Of a DNA stretch of 64,000 nucleotides, positions 43,063 through 51,834 are shown piece by piece. The stretch is from NCBI RefSeq assembly GCF_006345805.1, contig NC_043003.1, positions 95,852,001 through 95,916,000 of the forward strand, read 5' to 3'. The translations under genes were made by a program, and so were the position numbers. The notes under the pieces are model-generated. The model ran no database searches, was not told the origin of the DNA, and saw only the letters and a program-made list of their open reading frames with translations. The stretch's first letter is position 1. Each line of letters starts with the position of its first letter. The stretch comes from Octopus sinensis (lineage: Eukaryota).

Positions 43063-44419
43063 GCAAGGCAGCAAGCTGGCAGAATTGTTAGCATGCAGGG
43101 CAAATTCCTTCATGGCATTTCATCCATCTATACATTCTGAGTTCAAATTCTGCCAGAGCCCACTTTGCCTTTCATTCATCTTTCTGGGGTCAATAAAATA
43201 AGTACTAGTTGAACACTGCGATCAATATACCTGACTGGCTCCCTGCCCCGAACTTGCTGGCCTTGTGCCAAAATTTCAAACCCACCCACCACAACAAAAT
43301 TGATATTTGAAAACCAAGGTGCCACATTAAAAAAATGGCATTGATGTGGGTGCTGGTGCCACATAAAAAGCACCCAGTATGGCCTGTAAAGTTGTTGGTG
43401 TTTGGAAGGGCATCTAGCTGTGGAAACCAAGCCAAGACAGACAGACTGTGGAACCTGGTGCAGCCCCTGGCCTTGCCAGCTCATGTCAAGCATTCCAACC
43501 CATGCCAGCATAGAATAATGGCTATTAAATGTTGATGATGATGATGATGTTGATGGTGGTGGTGGTGATGATGATGATTAGGAGGAGGATGAGGAATATA
43601 TATATGTGTGTATATATATATAACGGGAAGGTTTACGAAAATAAACAAAAGGCGAAGGCAGGTGGAGTACAAACAAACAAATGTACGAAACTTAATAAAT
43701 GGTGACACAAAAAGGTTGACATCTATTACGGGCGCCCAATTTTTTAAAGGGTTGTGGTCACGTTTGAGGCCTATTTAAAAGGAAAACGTAAGCAAATTTC
43801 AAGTTCAAGGTAAACTTGACATTGAAAGCAGACCAGTGTCAGAAAATACTCTCTCTCTCTCTCTCTCTCTCACTCACACACACACACACAAAATTCATTC
43901 AGAAGGCATTGGTTGGCCTCAATCTTTACATCAGATTTAAGTGGAAGAAGCTATAAAGCCATCCAGTTGACTGAACCAATTGCTAACAATTGCTGTGTGG
44001 TTACGAAGCCCACTTTGGAATCATGCAGTTTCTGGTTCAGTCTCACTACATGATACCTTGGGTAAGTGTCCTCAGCTATGACCCAGGTCAACCAATGCCT
44101 TTTGAGTGAATTTGGTAGATGGAAACTATGTGGAAGCCTGTTGTATACATACGTACATGTGTATACATATCATTCATTGTTTAGCGTCCGTTTTCCATGC
44201 TGGCATGGGTTGGATGGTTCAACTGGGGTCTGGGAAGCCAGAAGGCTGCACCAGGCCCAGTCTGATCTGGCAATGTTTCTATGGCTGGATGCCCTTCCTA
44301 ATGCCAACCACTCCATGAGTGTAGTGGGTGCTTTTTATGTGCCACCGGCACAGGTGTCAGACAAGGCTGGCAAACGGCCACGATTGGATGGTGCTTTTTA
44401 TGTGCCACCGGCACGGAGG

Positions 44420-44450
<31 letters not shown>

Positions 44451-45086
44451 CTACAAAATTATAAAATGGAGAAACATACTTAAATCAATCAAATATCAAC
44501 CATCAGATGATACCCAATCAATATATGTGTAGTATTATGAGTGTCTATGCACACGTTTTTATATTTTATATTTTTATATTTATATGTATAAAAAAAATTT
44601 TTTTCACACTTATAATAAATTAAATTCTCTGAAGAGGCCGTGGGGCATCCTTGTTAATGTCTCATTTATACCTGCCTTATATGGCTTATAGGTTAAATGA
44701 GGCATGCTTGCCCTTACAGCCGAAACAGCTGTCAGATATGATATAATTATATATTATATTTTATATTTTATATGTCTATTTCATTGTCTAATTATATTTA
44801 CTATATATTTTGTATAATGCCTTTACTGTTATGTAATGGTGTAATAAAGTATTGATTGGGTATCATCTGATGGTTGATATTTGATTGATTTAAGTATGTT
44901 TCTCCATTTTCTAATTTTGTAGTATTAATTTACGGTAATGTTTTTACCTTTGCCCACATAATACAGTAGATGAATTAATTGCATGGCAATTTTTAACATT
45001 TATGTATTAGTATTGTTGGGTACCTCTCTAGCAGTATATTGGATATATGTTATCCCATGGTGGGTTGAATTTTCAACCCCCATCTC

Positions 45087-45142
<56 letters not shown>

Positions 45143-46815
45143 TGTATATGTGTGATGCCACATAAAAGCACCCAGCACACTCTGTTAAGTGGTTGGCATT
45201 AGGAAGGGCATCCACCCATAGAAACCATGTCAAATCAGACTGGAGTATGGTGCAGCTCCTCAGTGTGCCAACTCTGGTCAAACTGTCCAACCCATGCCTT
45301 CATGGGCAATGGTTATTAAATGATGATGATTATGATGATACACCCACACACACATCTCTTTGTGTGTGTGTCTCTGTGTTAGTCTTTCTCCTCCTCACTA
45401 CTTGACAACTGATGTTGGTTTGTTTACATCCCCCATAATTTAGCTGTTTGGCATAAGAGGTTGATAGAATAAGTACCAAACTTCAAAGATAAATTACCAG
45501 GATCGATATGTCCGACTGTTACATATCAAGGTAATGCTCCAGCATTGGCACAGTCTAATGACCAAAACAAGTAAAAGATAAAAGATATTTGGTGAAATCG
45601 TTGTATAAAAAAAAGTGGTTGTATAATAAATAATTGTATAAAAAAAATTGTATGAAAATAAAGCTGGTCATCTAGTCCTTTGATCATGAGTTCAAATGAT
45701 GATGATGATGAATAATAATGATAGGTGCAGGAGTGACTGTGTGGTAAGAGGTGGCGAGCTGGCAGAAACGTTAGCACGCCGGGCAAAATGCTTAGCGGTA
45801 TTTCATCTGCCATTACGTTCTGAGTTCAAATTCCGCCGAGGTCAACTTTGCCTTTCATCCTTTCGGGGTCGATAAATTAAGTACCAGTTATGCACTGGTT
45901 CGATATAATCAACTTAATCCCTTTGTCTGTCCTTGTTTGTCCCCTCTATCTTTAGCCCTTTGTGGGCAATAAAGAAAGAAGAAGCTTGCTTCCCAACCAT
46001 TTTTCTGGGTTCAGTCCCACTGCATGACACCTTGGGCAAGTGTCTTCTACTATAGCCTCGGGCTAACCAAAGCCTTGTGAGTGGATTTGATACACGGAAA
46101 CTGAAAGAAGCCTGTTGTGTATATACATGTATGTATATATTTTTGTGTTTGTGTCTGTGTTTGTCCCACCACCATTGCTTGACAACCAATGTTGGTGTGT
46201 TTATGTCCCCGTAACCTAGTGATTCTGCAAAAGACACTGATTGAATAAGTATTAGGCTTACAAAGAATAAGTTCTGGGGCTGATTTGTTTGAAGAAAAGC
46301 AGTGAACCAGCATGGCCACAGTCAAATGACTGAAACAAGTAAAAGAATAAAAGAATAATCATTTCTACTATAGGCACAAGGCCTGAAATTTGGTAGGTGT
46401 GGGGCTAGTCGATTACATTGACCCCAAATTTTAACTAATACACATCCTGTTGTCCACAAAAAGATGACAAGTACAGTTGACCTTGGTGGAATTTGAACAC
46501 AGAACATAAAGACAGATGAAATGCCTCTAAGTATTTTGTCTAACATGCTAACAATTCTGCCATCTCACCACCTTAGTAATGATGATAATAATAATGATAA
46601 CGGTTTCAAATTTTGGCACAAGGCCAGCAAATTTAGAGAGGTAGGTAAGTTGATTACATTAAGCCTGTGCTCAACTGGTACTTATTTTATCAACCCTACA
46701 AAAGGATGAAAGGTAGAGTCGATCCTTGCAGCATTCGAACCCAGAACATAAATTAAAAGAAATACTGCTAGGCACTTTCCCAGCATTTTAGCAATTCTGC
46801 CAGTTTGCCACCTTC

Positions 46816-46880
<65 letters not shown>

Positions 46881-49800
46881 CACCAACAGCAATAACAATA
46901 ATAATCATAATAATAATAATACCAACAACAATAACAATAATAATCATCATCATCCTATCTATAATAGGCGAAAGGCCTGAAATTTTGAAGGAAAGGGCTA
47001 GTCAATTACATTGACCCCAGTGCTTGACTGGTCCTTATTTTATTGATCTTAAAAGGATGAAAGGCAAAGTTATTGAAAAAGTTTTACTTGAATTTATGTT
47101 GACATAAACTAGAAAGTGTTGCTTACATTAAGCTTTAAATGTTCAGTCGTTGATCTATCTTTTTTTTTTTTTCTTTAGGTTCAGTATAATGGCATAGCCT
47201 CTCGGAGATTAAATATTGCACAGCCTCCCCAAAACAGAATCATATCACCAATTGCGGAAGATTGTAGACCTCCTTGCCAGCCAGGAGCTCTCATTGAGGA
47301 AAGCTCTCCAATTTTGGCTTCATCAAGAGAACCAGAAAAGTATGTTTGTGAATTTTATCATTTCAGTTAGAATTTCAGATAATTCTATGTATTTGGAAAT
47401 ATATGTATGCATATACACACACACACACTTGTCTGTGTGTATATATATATATATAATATATATATATATATATAATATATAATATTTAATAATTAGGGTT
47501 CAGCAAAGATTTGCTTTGCCACATACCGAAGTTTAGAAATAGCAGCCAAAAAACCTTAGCTATTTCTTCTACGAATTCCGAAACGCGCGTCCATGGATGA
47601 CCAGATATTGATTGATTTTCGTTGCTTTCCTCTCTGCCTGTGTGAATTGTTTTCAAGTATTTTGGTTTCTCTGAGAGTCCCTTTTTAAAGTAGAAGAAAT
47701 AGCTAAGGTTTTTTTGGCTGCTATTTCTAAACTTCGGTATATGGTAAAGCAAATCTTTGCTGAACCCTAATTATTAAGTATTACTTAAGTTTACCGTGAA
47801 ATGGTCCTTTTTTCATGCCGAATTCTACTTGGTGAAATTATTGATTAATTCTTAATTAATTAATTTTACCCTTTGTTATTATATATATATATATATATAA
47901 GAGAGGGTGGGGAAGCAAATTGTTTATATTACAACCAGTAACCTGACATAAAATATAATTTTAACACAAGTTTATAGGGGTATTCAATATGTCTGCCTTC
48001 ATTGTCCACTGCAACCTTTGCATGCCACCTGAAGGCATCACAACTCTTCAAGATGAAGTACTCAGACATGTTGCCCCACTCTTCCCTCAAGATTTGCGTA
48101 AAATGATCAAGACTCGTATGCGAAATTCTGTTGGTAGAGTGCTCCAATTTGTCCCGTATTGCATAGTTCAGGGAGTTCAAGTCTGGGCTGAAAGAAAGCT
48201 AGAAGTTGGCAGGCCAAAAGTTGGTGAAGTTCTCTTCACAGAATTTCTGCACTTTTTTCACCGTATCAACAGGATAATCATCTTGGGTCTACACATAATT
48301 ACCGTTGGGATTGTTAGACTTAAGCCAAAGCATAACCTTATACCACAGGACTTCAGCTCCCACCTTTTCCCCAGACTTGAAAAAATGGATAGGCATCTTT
48401 TTTTTTCTGTCAGACGCCGTGACTCCCAGTATCATAACATGAACTGGGGGCTTGGTCTTTAAAGATGCCCTTTACTTCCAAAGGTGACCTAGCAATGTAT
48501 CGATCATTGCAACATTTTAAAACAGCATCAACGGTAAAGATACTTTCATCTGAAAAGATTTCGATGGTTTGTCCATTGTGCTTCAGGTATCATAACACTT
48601 TTTTGGTTCTTTCTTGCCTTTTGGCCTTCATTGGGGTGCTCACGTATGACTCCAAATGTAAATCAGTATGTACAGCATTTCTGATGGTCTTTGGATCAAC
48701 CTTCATGTCCATGGACAGTTTTCTGATGGATGTTGTTGGGTCTTTCGAAATTTTTGGCTCTGAGAGATTTAAGAAATGCATTATCCCTTTTTTATTTATG
48801 TCTTCACTTCCTTGCTTTCTCTTGATGCCTCCAATATCCAACAGTGGTCACAGAGACCCCAACAGTCTGAGCAATATGTCTAATTGCAACCCTGGCACGA
48901 AGCAAATCTTAAGTTAAGTTAAGTTAATTTTTTGGCTCAAAAAGCAAAAAGCAAGGCCATGTAGGGGGACATGGAGCTATGTACAGGGTGATGTTCATGC
49001 AAAGAGTTCAGGCCATTTGTGGTCAAGGGAGACTGAACCGAGCGGTCATTGGCATCTTCACTATCTCGTCCGGCAGCTTATTCCACGGATCCGCAACCCA
49101 GATGGAGAAAGCCCCTCTCCTTCGATTGAGATGAAATCGTCGCAAATAGAGCTTTTCGGAGTGACCCCGCAGCCGACGTTTTGGAGCAGGAGTGAAGAAC
49201 AGCTCTTTCGAGAGGTTACATTTTCCGCTTATGATGTTGTGAGCAAGAATGAGATCACGGCAGCGGCGTTTTTCTAGAGAATAAAGGTCGAGCGTCTTCA
49301 GCCTTTCTTCATAAGACAAATGCTTGAGACCAAGAACCATGCGGGTAGCCAGCAATGCTTTGTCTCTTGGCTTCTTAAGTGGACATGTTAGATCGTATGA
49401 CTGGAACTTCTGCTTAAATTAACTCTATATACATCCACCCTGAAATAGAAAACAATATTTTAGTATTTACGCTCAGGAATGTATGAAAAATAAAGCTTCC
49501 AAAATATTCCAAGTTTTGCTTCCCCACCCTGTATGTACACACAGACACACACACATTTTTAAGCAAGGTTATATTTCCCCATGGTGATATTTTCTCATGG
49601 AATATTGGAAATGAATGACACTGCTTGATGGCAGTGACAATCCTTTTACAGCTATCATATAATGTATGTATGAATGACAGGCTTCTTTCAGCTTCCATCT
49701 ACCAAATTCACTCCGGTTTTAGTTGGCCCTGGGCTATAGGAGAAGACACTTTTGCACTAGATGCCATGCTGTGGGACAAAACCTGGAACCATGTAGCTGG

Positions 49801-51093
49801 GAAGGAAACAGCCTTCCTGTGCCTAGTCTATATATATAGGTACAAGCATGGCTGTGTGGTTAAGAAGTTTGCTTTCCAACCATGTAGTTTCAGGTTCATT
49901 TCAGCTGTGTGGCTTTATTGGCTGGTGTTTTCTACTGCAGCTGTTGCATGTATATAGTCTTCATGTCTTGATCTCACATGATTATTTTAAATAAATGTGA
50001 TTCAGTTCTGGTATTCTATGAAGACATTTTTGGTTTCGGAGAAATATTTCTTTACTTGGAAACCGGTAAGGGTTGGCAACAAGAAGGGCATCCAGAAGAA
50101 GGCGGTGAGCTGGCAGAAACGTTAGCACGCCAGGCGAAATGCTTAACCCTTTAGTGTTTAAACCGGCTATATCCGGCCCAAATATTCTATATGTTTTATA
50201 TTCAAACTGGCCATATCTAGCCTTTCACACCTAACCTACAATGCCATTCTAAAAATAAACAATCACATCATTGAAACCTCAAAGCTATAAGATAATGCTT
50301 GATGAATTCAAAACAATTTGAATAAAAAATATATTACATTTAACAGTGTAATCTGAATACTAAAGGGTTAATAGTTTTTCGTCTGCCGCTACGTTCTGAG
50401 TTCAAATTCCGCCGAGGTCGGCTTAGCCTTTCATCCTTTCAGGGTCGATTAAATAAGTACCAGTTACGTACTGGAGTCGTTATAATCGACTTAATCCATA
50501 TGCCTGTCCTTGTTTGTCCCCTCTATGTTTAGCCCCTTGTGGGCAATAAAGAAATGAGAAGGGCATCCAGCTATAGAAAATCTGCCTCAATAAACTTTGC
50601 CTGACCCATGCAAGCCTGGAAATGTGGATGTTAAAATGATGATGATGATGATGATGTGTGCATGTAAGTGTTTTTTCCTCCATTGATGTAAACAGTATCA
50701 TTCTTTGCAATCCTCTGTAGAAACATCTCTGGCTTTGGAGTTATTCATTGTTGAAAGACTAGGAGAAATATTTGTTTCCTTGAAAATATTGCTGAAATCG
50801 CACTCTACTGTCTCACTGATATGACATATTTAAACTTGTTTTTGCCTTTATTTTCTTTCCCTAGGGACATAATCCATAATGGTCATATATCTTCCAAAGG
50901 AAATGAAGCAGATCCTCATCAAAATCCAGTTAAATCCACAGTTGGGATACCTCCAAACAAGAACCATTCAGTGCCTTCCCTTCCAATTCCCATCCTGACA
51001 TCATCCAGGTTACCTGCACATCTTAACATAAATCGTCCTATCCAGCCACCATTGGCCTCTTCTTATTTCCCTCTTAAAACAAAACCGTCTTGA
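8607..51093 (+). CDS. SASS6: Spindle assembly abnormal protein 6 homolog (SAS-6), spliced gene span; 15 coding exons found, first exon missing
   Basis: Joined exons give ..[72 protein letters not shown]../[28 protein letters not shown].., then a long coiled coil and a Pro/Ser-rich tail ending [13 protein letters not shown]. This matches the SAS-6 head domain (PISA region, [13 protein letters not shown]). All junctions are AG/GT and in phase. Confidence 0.97.
9206..9431 (-). mobile_element. SINE family B inserted into an RTE-tail repeat (9065-9610)
   Basis: Full family-B copy; 13-bp TSD cctttctaatacc at 9193-9205 and 9432-9444. Confidence 0.85.
10352..10431 (+). CDS. SASS6: SAS-6 exon [26 protein letters not shown]
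   Basis: tttcag|GAA CTG...TTC CAA TG|gtgaat; 80 nt. Confidence 0.95.
11030..11441 (+). mobile_element. tRNA-derived SINE family A with internal (TA/TG)n; near-full copies also at about 15017, 40147, 52855, 55830, 57420, 61958, 63448 (+) and 4833-5145, 15660-16050, 26865-27250 (-)
   Basis: Head GGCGCAG(A/G)AG..TGGCTGTGTGGT (A-box-like), GGTTCAGTCCC (B-box-like), CORE-like cttgggcaagtgtctt, tail gtcaaatgactgaaacaagtaaaagag; more than 20 related copies in the window. Confidence 0.85.
14448..14498 (-). ncRNA. Type I hammerhead ribozyme, identical mirror copy
   Basis: Exact reverse complement of 14528-14578. Confidence 0.75.
14528..14578 (+). ncRNA. Type I hammerhead ribozyme
   Basis: AGCTTC-CTGATGA-T TTC tttt GAA T-GAAA CAG ttctagtc CTGT-A-GAAGCT. 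Stem I 6 bp, stem II 3 bp, stem III 4 bp; predicted cleavage GUA after 14572. Confidence 0.75.
14650..15014 (-). mobile_element. Penelope-like foldback with broken HHR
   Basis: About 140-bp inverted arms (14712-14856 / 14875-15014); minus strand CTGAAGA-G-GTCAC agatgt GTGAC-AAAAG ATTTC-TGGAC. Confidence 0.55.
16505..16945 (+). mobile_element. CR1/L2-type LINE 3' fragment
   Basis: ORF 16554-16877 ..[43 protein letters not shown]. Confidence 0.75.
17327..17431 (+). CDS. SASS6: SAS-6 exon (C)[34 protein letters not shown]
   Basis: tgccag|T TTG AAA...CCT AA|gtaagt; 105 nt; PISA-like region. Confidence 0.95.
18027..18503 (+). mobile_element. CR1-type LINE 3' end with (ATT)n tail; same family at 21880-22310 (-) and 25390-25855 (-)
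   Basis: [39 protein letters not shown] in three copies; shared 3' UTR ending gtggtgcacctgagcactgta plus (ATT)n. Confidence 0.9.
20333..20722 (+). mobile_element. tRNA-derived SINE family D (possibly Arg-tRNA related, OR-type)
   Basis: tRNA-like head ggcgcaatggcccagtggttagggcagcggactcgcggtc..ggtttcaattccc; 12-bp TSD tatttataatta. Confidence 0.75.
20879..21053 (+). CDS. SASS6: SAS-6 exon (K)[45 protein letters not shown]
   Basis: cttag|A TTC ATT...TTA AAG|gtattg; 175 nt; contains the head-to-head dimerisation Phe motif NPFKH. Confidence 0.97.
21227..21446. mobile_element. piggyBac-like (TTAA) MITE family F; other copies at 27708-28240 and 50143-50371, fragments at about 13005 and 53860
   Basis: TTAA-(C/T)CCTTT..AAAGGG-TTAA ends; shared body. 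Confidence 0.7.
23068..23145 (+). CDS. SASS6: SAS-6 coiled-coil exon [26 protein letters not shown]
   Basis: ttcag|GAA ACC...GAA GAA|gttagt; 78 nt. Confidence 0.9.
24085..24478 (-). mobile_element. RTE 3'-UTR-derived repeat (family C) with about 60-bp array and (GAT)n tail; more than 20 copies of variable length in the window
   Basis: Shared ..gcacccactacactc..gttggcgttaggaagggcatccagc..gcggacgttaaacgatgatg; continuous with the RTE ORF in the 6880-7790 copy. Confidence 0.8.
25182..25301 (+). CDS. SASS6: SAS-6 coiled-coil exon [23 protein letters not shown]
   Basis: ttgcag|AAA CTG...TTT GAG|gtaaga; 120 nt. Confidence 0.92.
25905..26390 (-). mobile_element. RTE LINE 3' ORF fragment, same family as 6880-7790
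   Basis: [29 protein letters not shown]; broken frames. Confidence 0.8.
26421..26647. mobile_element. piggyBac-like (TTAA) MITE family G
   Basis: TTAA|CCCTTT..AAAGGG|TTAA; same body as 30547-30773. Confidence 0.8.
27483..27599 (+). CDS. SASS6: SAS-6 coiled-coil exon [25 protein letters not shown]
   Basis: ttccag|ATA AAG...AAT AAA|gtatgt; 117 nt. Confidence 0.92.
27739..28077 (+). mobile_element. tRNA/CORE-type SINE family E nested in MITE-F; second copy at 30913-31265
   Basis: Head tggctcagtggttagagc..gagttcgaatcc; 10-bp TSD tattctgtca at 27729-27738 and 28078-28087. Confidence 0.8.
28238..28442. repeat. Compound (TAC)/(CAC) trinucleotide microsatellite with higher-order period near 30 bp
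   Basis: Directly visible. Confidence 0.95.
30130..30399 (+). CDS. SASS6: SAS-6 coiled-coil exon [36 protein letters not shown]
   Basis: ttaaag|GAA CTA...CAA AAG|gtaagg; 270 nt. Confidence 0.95.
30547..30773. mobile_element. piggyBac-like MITE family G, young copy
   Basis: Perfect 13-bp TIR CCCTTTCGTTACC / GGTAACGAAAGGG with TTAA on both sides. Confidence 0.88.
31701..31844 (+). CDS. SASS6: SAS-6 coiled-coil exon [29 protein letters not shown]
   Basis: tttcag|AAA AGA...GCC AAA|gtaagt; 144 nt; (G/A)NEIIxKLQ motif. Confidence 0.95.
32805..33085 (-). mobile_element. RTE LINE extreme C-terminal fragment (different family)
   Basis: ..[44 protein letters not shown] resembles the RTE tail GRPxxxWxDxI..AxDRxxWR. 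Confidence 0.6.
34424..34549 (+). CDS. SASS6: SAS-6 coiled-coil exon [23 protein letters not shown]
   Basis: ttccag|GTG AAA...GAT GAG|gtttgc; 126 nt; a possible internal alternative donor follows 34501. Confidence 0.88.
34846..35357. mobile_element. Tc1/mariner (Tigger/pogo-like) MITE
   Basis: TA|CTGTAAATCCTCAAGTAT ... ATACTCGAGGATTTATGG imperfect TIRs; no ORF. Confidence 0.7.
36047..36128 (+). CDS. SASS6: SAS-6 exon [27 protein letters not shown]
   Basis: ttcag|AAT GAA...GAG AAT G|gtatgt; 82 nt. Confidence 0.93.
36810..37925. repeat. Degenerate 21-23 bp minisatellite (atcatctggtgttgtatgtgt-like) interrupted by two family-B SINEs (36867-37100, 37639-37871)
   Basis: Recurrent catc(t/a)..gtgttgtatg units; 14-bp TSD aggtagtattgtat around the second SINE. 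Confidence 0.7.
37980..38119 (+). CDS. SASS6: SAS-6 exon (V)[19 protein letters not shown], end of coiled coil
   Basis: ttctag|TG ATT CAA TGG...GCT GCA|gtaagt; 140 nt; IxWLNKQ motif. Confidence 0.93.
38941..39057 (+). CDS. SASS6: SAS-6 C-terminal tail exon [16 protein letters not shown]
   Basis: tttcag|CCA GGA...CCT CAG|gtatta; 117 nt, open, phase-compatible. Confidence 0.8.
41281..42110 (+). mobile_element. Long RTE 3'-UTR copy with 5-unit hairpin repeat array and (GAT)n tail
   Basis: Shares gccagcccacttatgc..cccttcattggacactaaactctgc with the UTR following the RTE ORF near 7200; array at 41680-41940. Confidence 0.85.
44448..45088 (+). mobile_element. Penelope-like terminus with 76-bp inverted duplication and HHR, between (TA)n tracts
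   Basis: Arms 44448-44523 / 44850-44925 with 1 mismatch; HHR at 44626-44736. Confidence 0.7.
44626..44736 (+). ncRNA. Minimal type I hammerhead ribozyme with an 86-nt stem II expansion
   Basis: TCT-CTGAAGA-GGC..(86 nt)..GCC-GAAA-CAGCTGT-C-AGA; palindromic stem III (ACAGCTGT); GUC cleavage predicted after 44733. Confidence 0.7.
47179..47339 (+). CDS. SASS6: SAS-6 C-terminal tail exon [16 protein letters not shown]
   Basis: Long polypyrimidine tract, ctttag|GTT CAG...GAA AA|gtatgt; 161 nt, open. Confidence 0.8.
47488..47880 (+). mobile_element. Penelope-like foldback with 3' half of an HHR
   Basis: Arms 47488-47572 / 47690-47775; GAAAC-GCGC-GTC at 47580-47591; (TA)n on both sides. Confidence 0.6.
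47903..49533 (-). mobile_element. Defective Tc1/mariner transposon (possibly DD37D/maT-like)
   Basis: 16-bp perfect TIR agggtggggaagcaaa (47904-47919 / 49515-49530); transposase remnants [23 protein letters not shown] (HTH) and [22 protein letters not shown] (C-terminus). Confidence 0.8.
48914..49372 (-). mobile_element. CR1-type LINE 3' fragment nested in the mariner element
   Basis: [35 protein letters not shown]; (TAACT)n tail; approx. 7-bp TSD tcttaag. Confidence 0.85.
50096..50556 (+). mobile_element. Family-B SINE carrying MITE-F (50147-50367), itself inserted into an RTE-tail repeat
   Basis: 14-bp TSD agaagggcatccag (50082-50095 / 50557-50570); TTAA duplicated around the MITE. Confidence 0.85.
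50865..51093 (+). CDS. SASS6: SAS-6 terminal coding exon (K)[22 protein letters not shown]
   Basis: ccctag|G GAC ATA...CCG TCT TGA; terminal SxYFP motif; followed by a U-rich 3' UTR. Confidence 0.85.
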
Positions 51094-51828
51094 CAGTTAA
51101 AACTATTTTATTACTTAATCAATAAGCTGGTACTAAAAAAATCACAACTTTGTGTCGTGTATGCGTTTTTGTGTGGGAGCATGTGTGTAAGTGTGTGTGA
51201 GTGAATGTGTGTATGTGTTAGTATCAGAATGGTGCCAAATATTGCAGCTGAGATTTGTTTCTTCTATCTGTTATTGAGAAGATTTCTTTTTTTTTGCTGC
51301 CTCTTTTGTTATTTGTTTTCTTTTTTTTTTAAAATCTCATCTTAACTAGAAAGGGAAGACAAGTATTCAAAAATGGTGAAAAAGAAAAGAAGAAAAATGT
51401 TATATTTTATCAAATAAGTTATCGTTTATTGAAAAAAAAAATAGAAGGTATATTTGCTTTTGTTGATGGAAATCTTGTTAAAAGACACGAACAGAGTTAG
51501 TTGTGTAAATGTAGTCACTACAGCAGCCTCTGCTACCATATGTAGAGTTTGTTTGCTTCCATCTAATGTCAGCATGTTGTGCTCTCTGCTGACATTGTAA
51601 CTTATGGTTCATTTTTTTGCTTTTTTTTGCCTTCCCTTAAATTGACAATTATTGGAGATGTTTTTTTCGTCTTAGAGATTGTTTGAAAATGTAAGAAAAA
51701 TAGAAGTAAAAAAAAACATGTAATCCTTTTTATTGTATATAAACATTTTTTCTTTGTTACTTTAAACTTTGTAAATATAATTTATTTTTTTATGTTAAAT
51801 ATAGAAATTTTAAAGACAAGAATGTAAA

Positions 51829-51834
51829 AATAAA
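51829..51834 (+). promoter_or_regulatory. Candidate polyadenylation signal AATAAA for SAS-6 (alternative at 52168-52173)
   Basis: AATAAA about 735 nt after the stop, in repeat-free U-rich sequence; no transcript evidence. Confidence 0.4.

Noticed and set aside
50762-50864. Upstream extension of the last SAS-6 exon from an AG near 50762
   Set aside because: In frame, but it reads through a clear polypyrimidine tract and encodes non-conserved-looking hydrophobic sequence; 50865 is the better acceptor.
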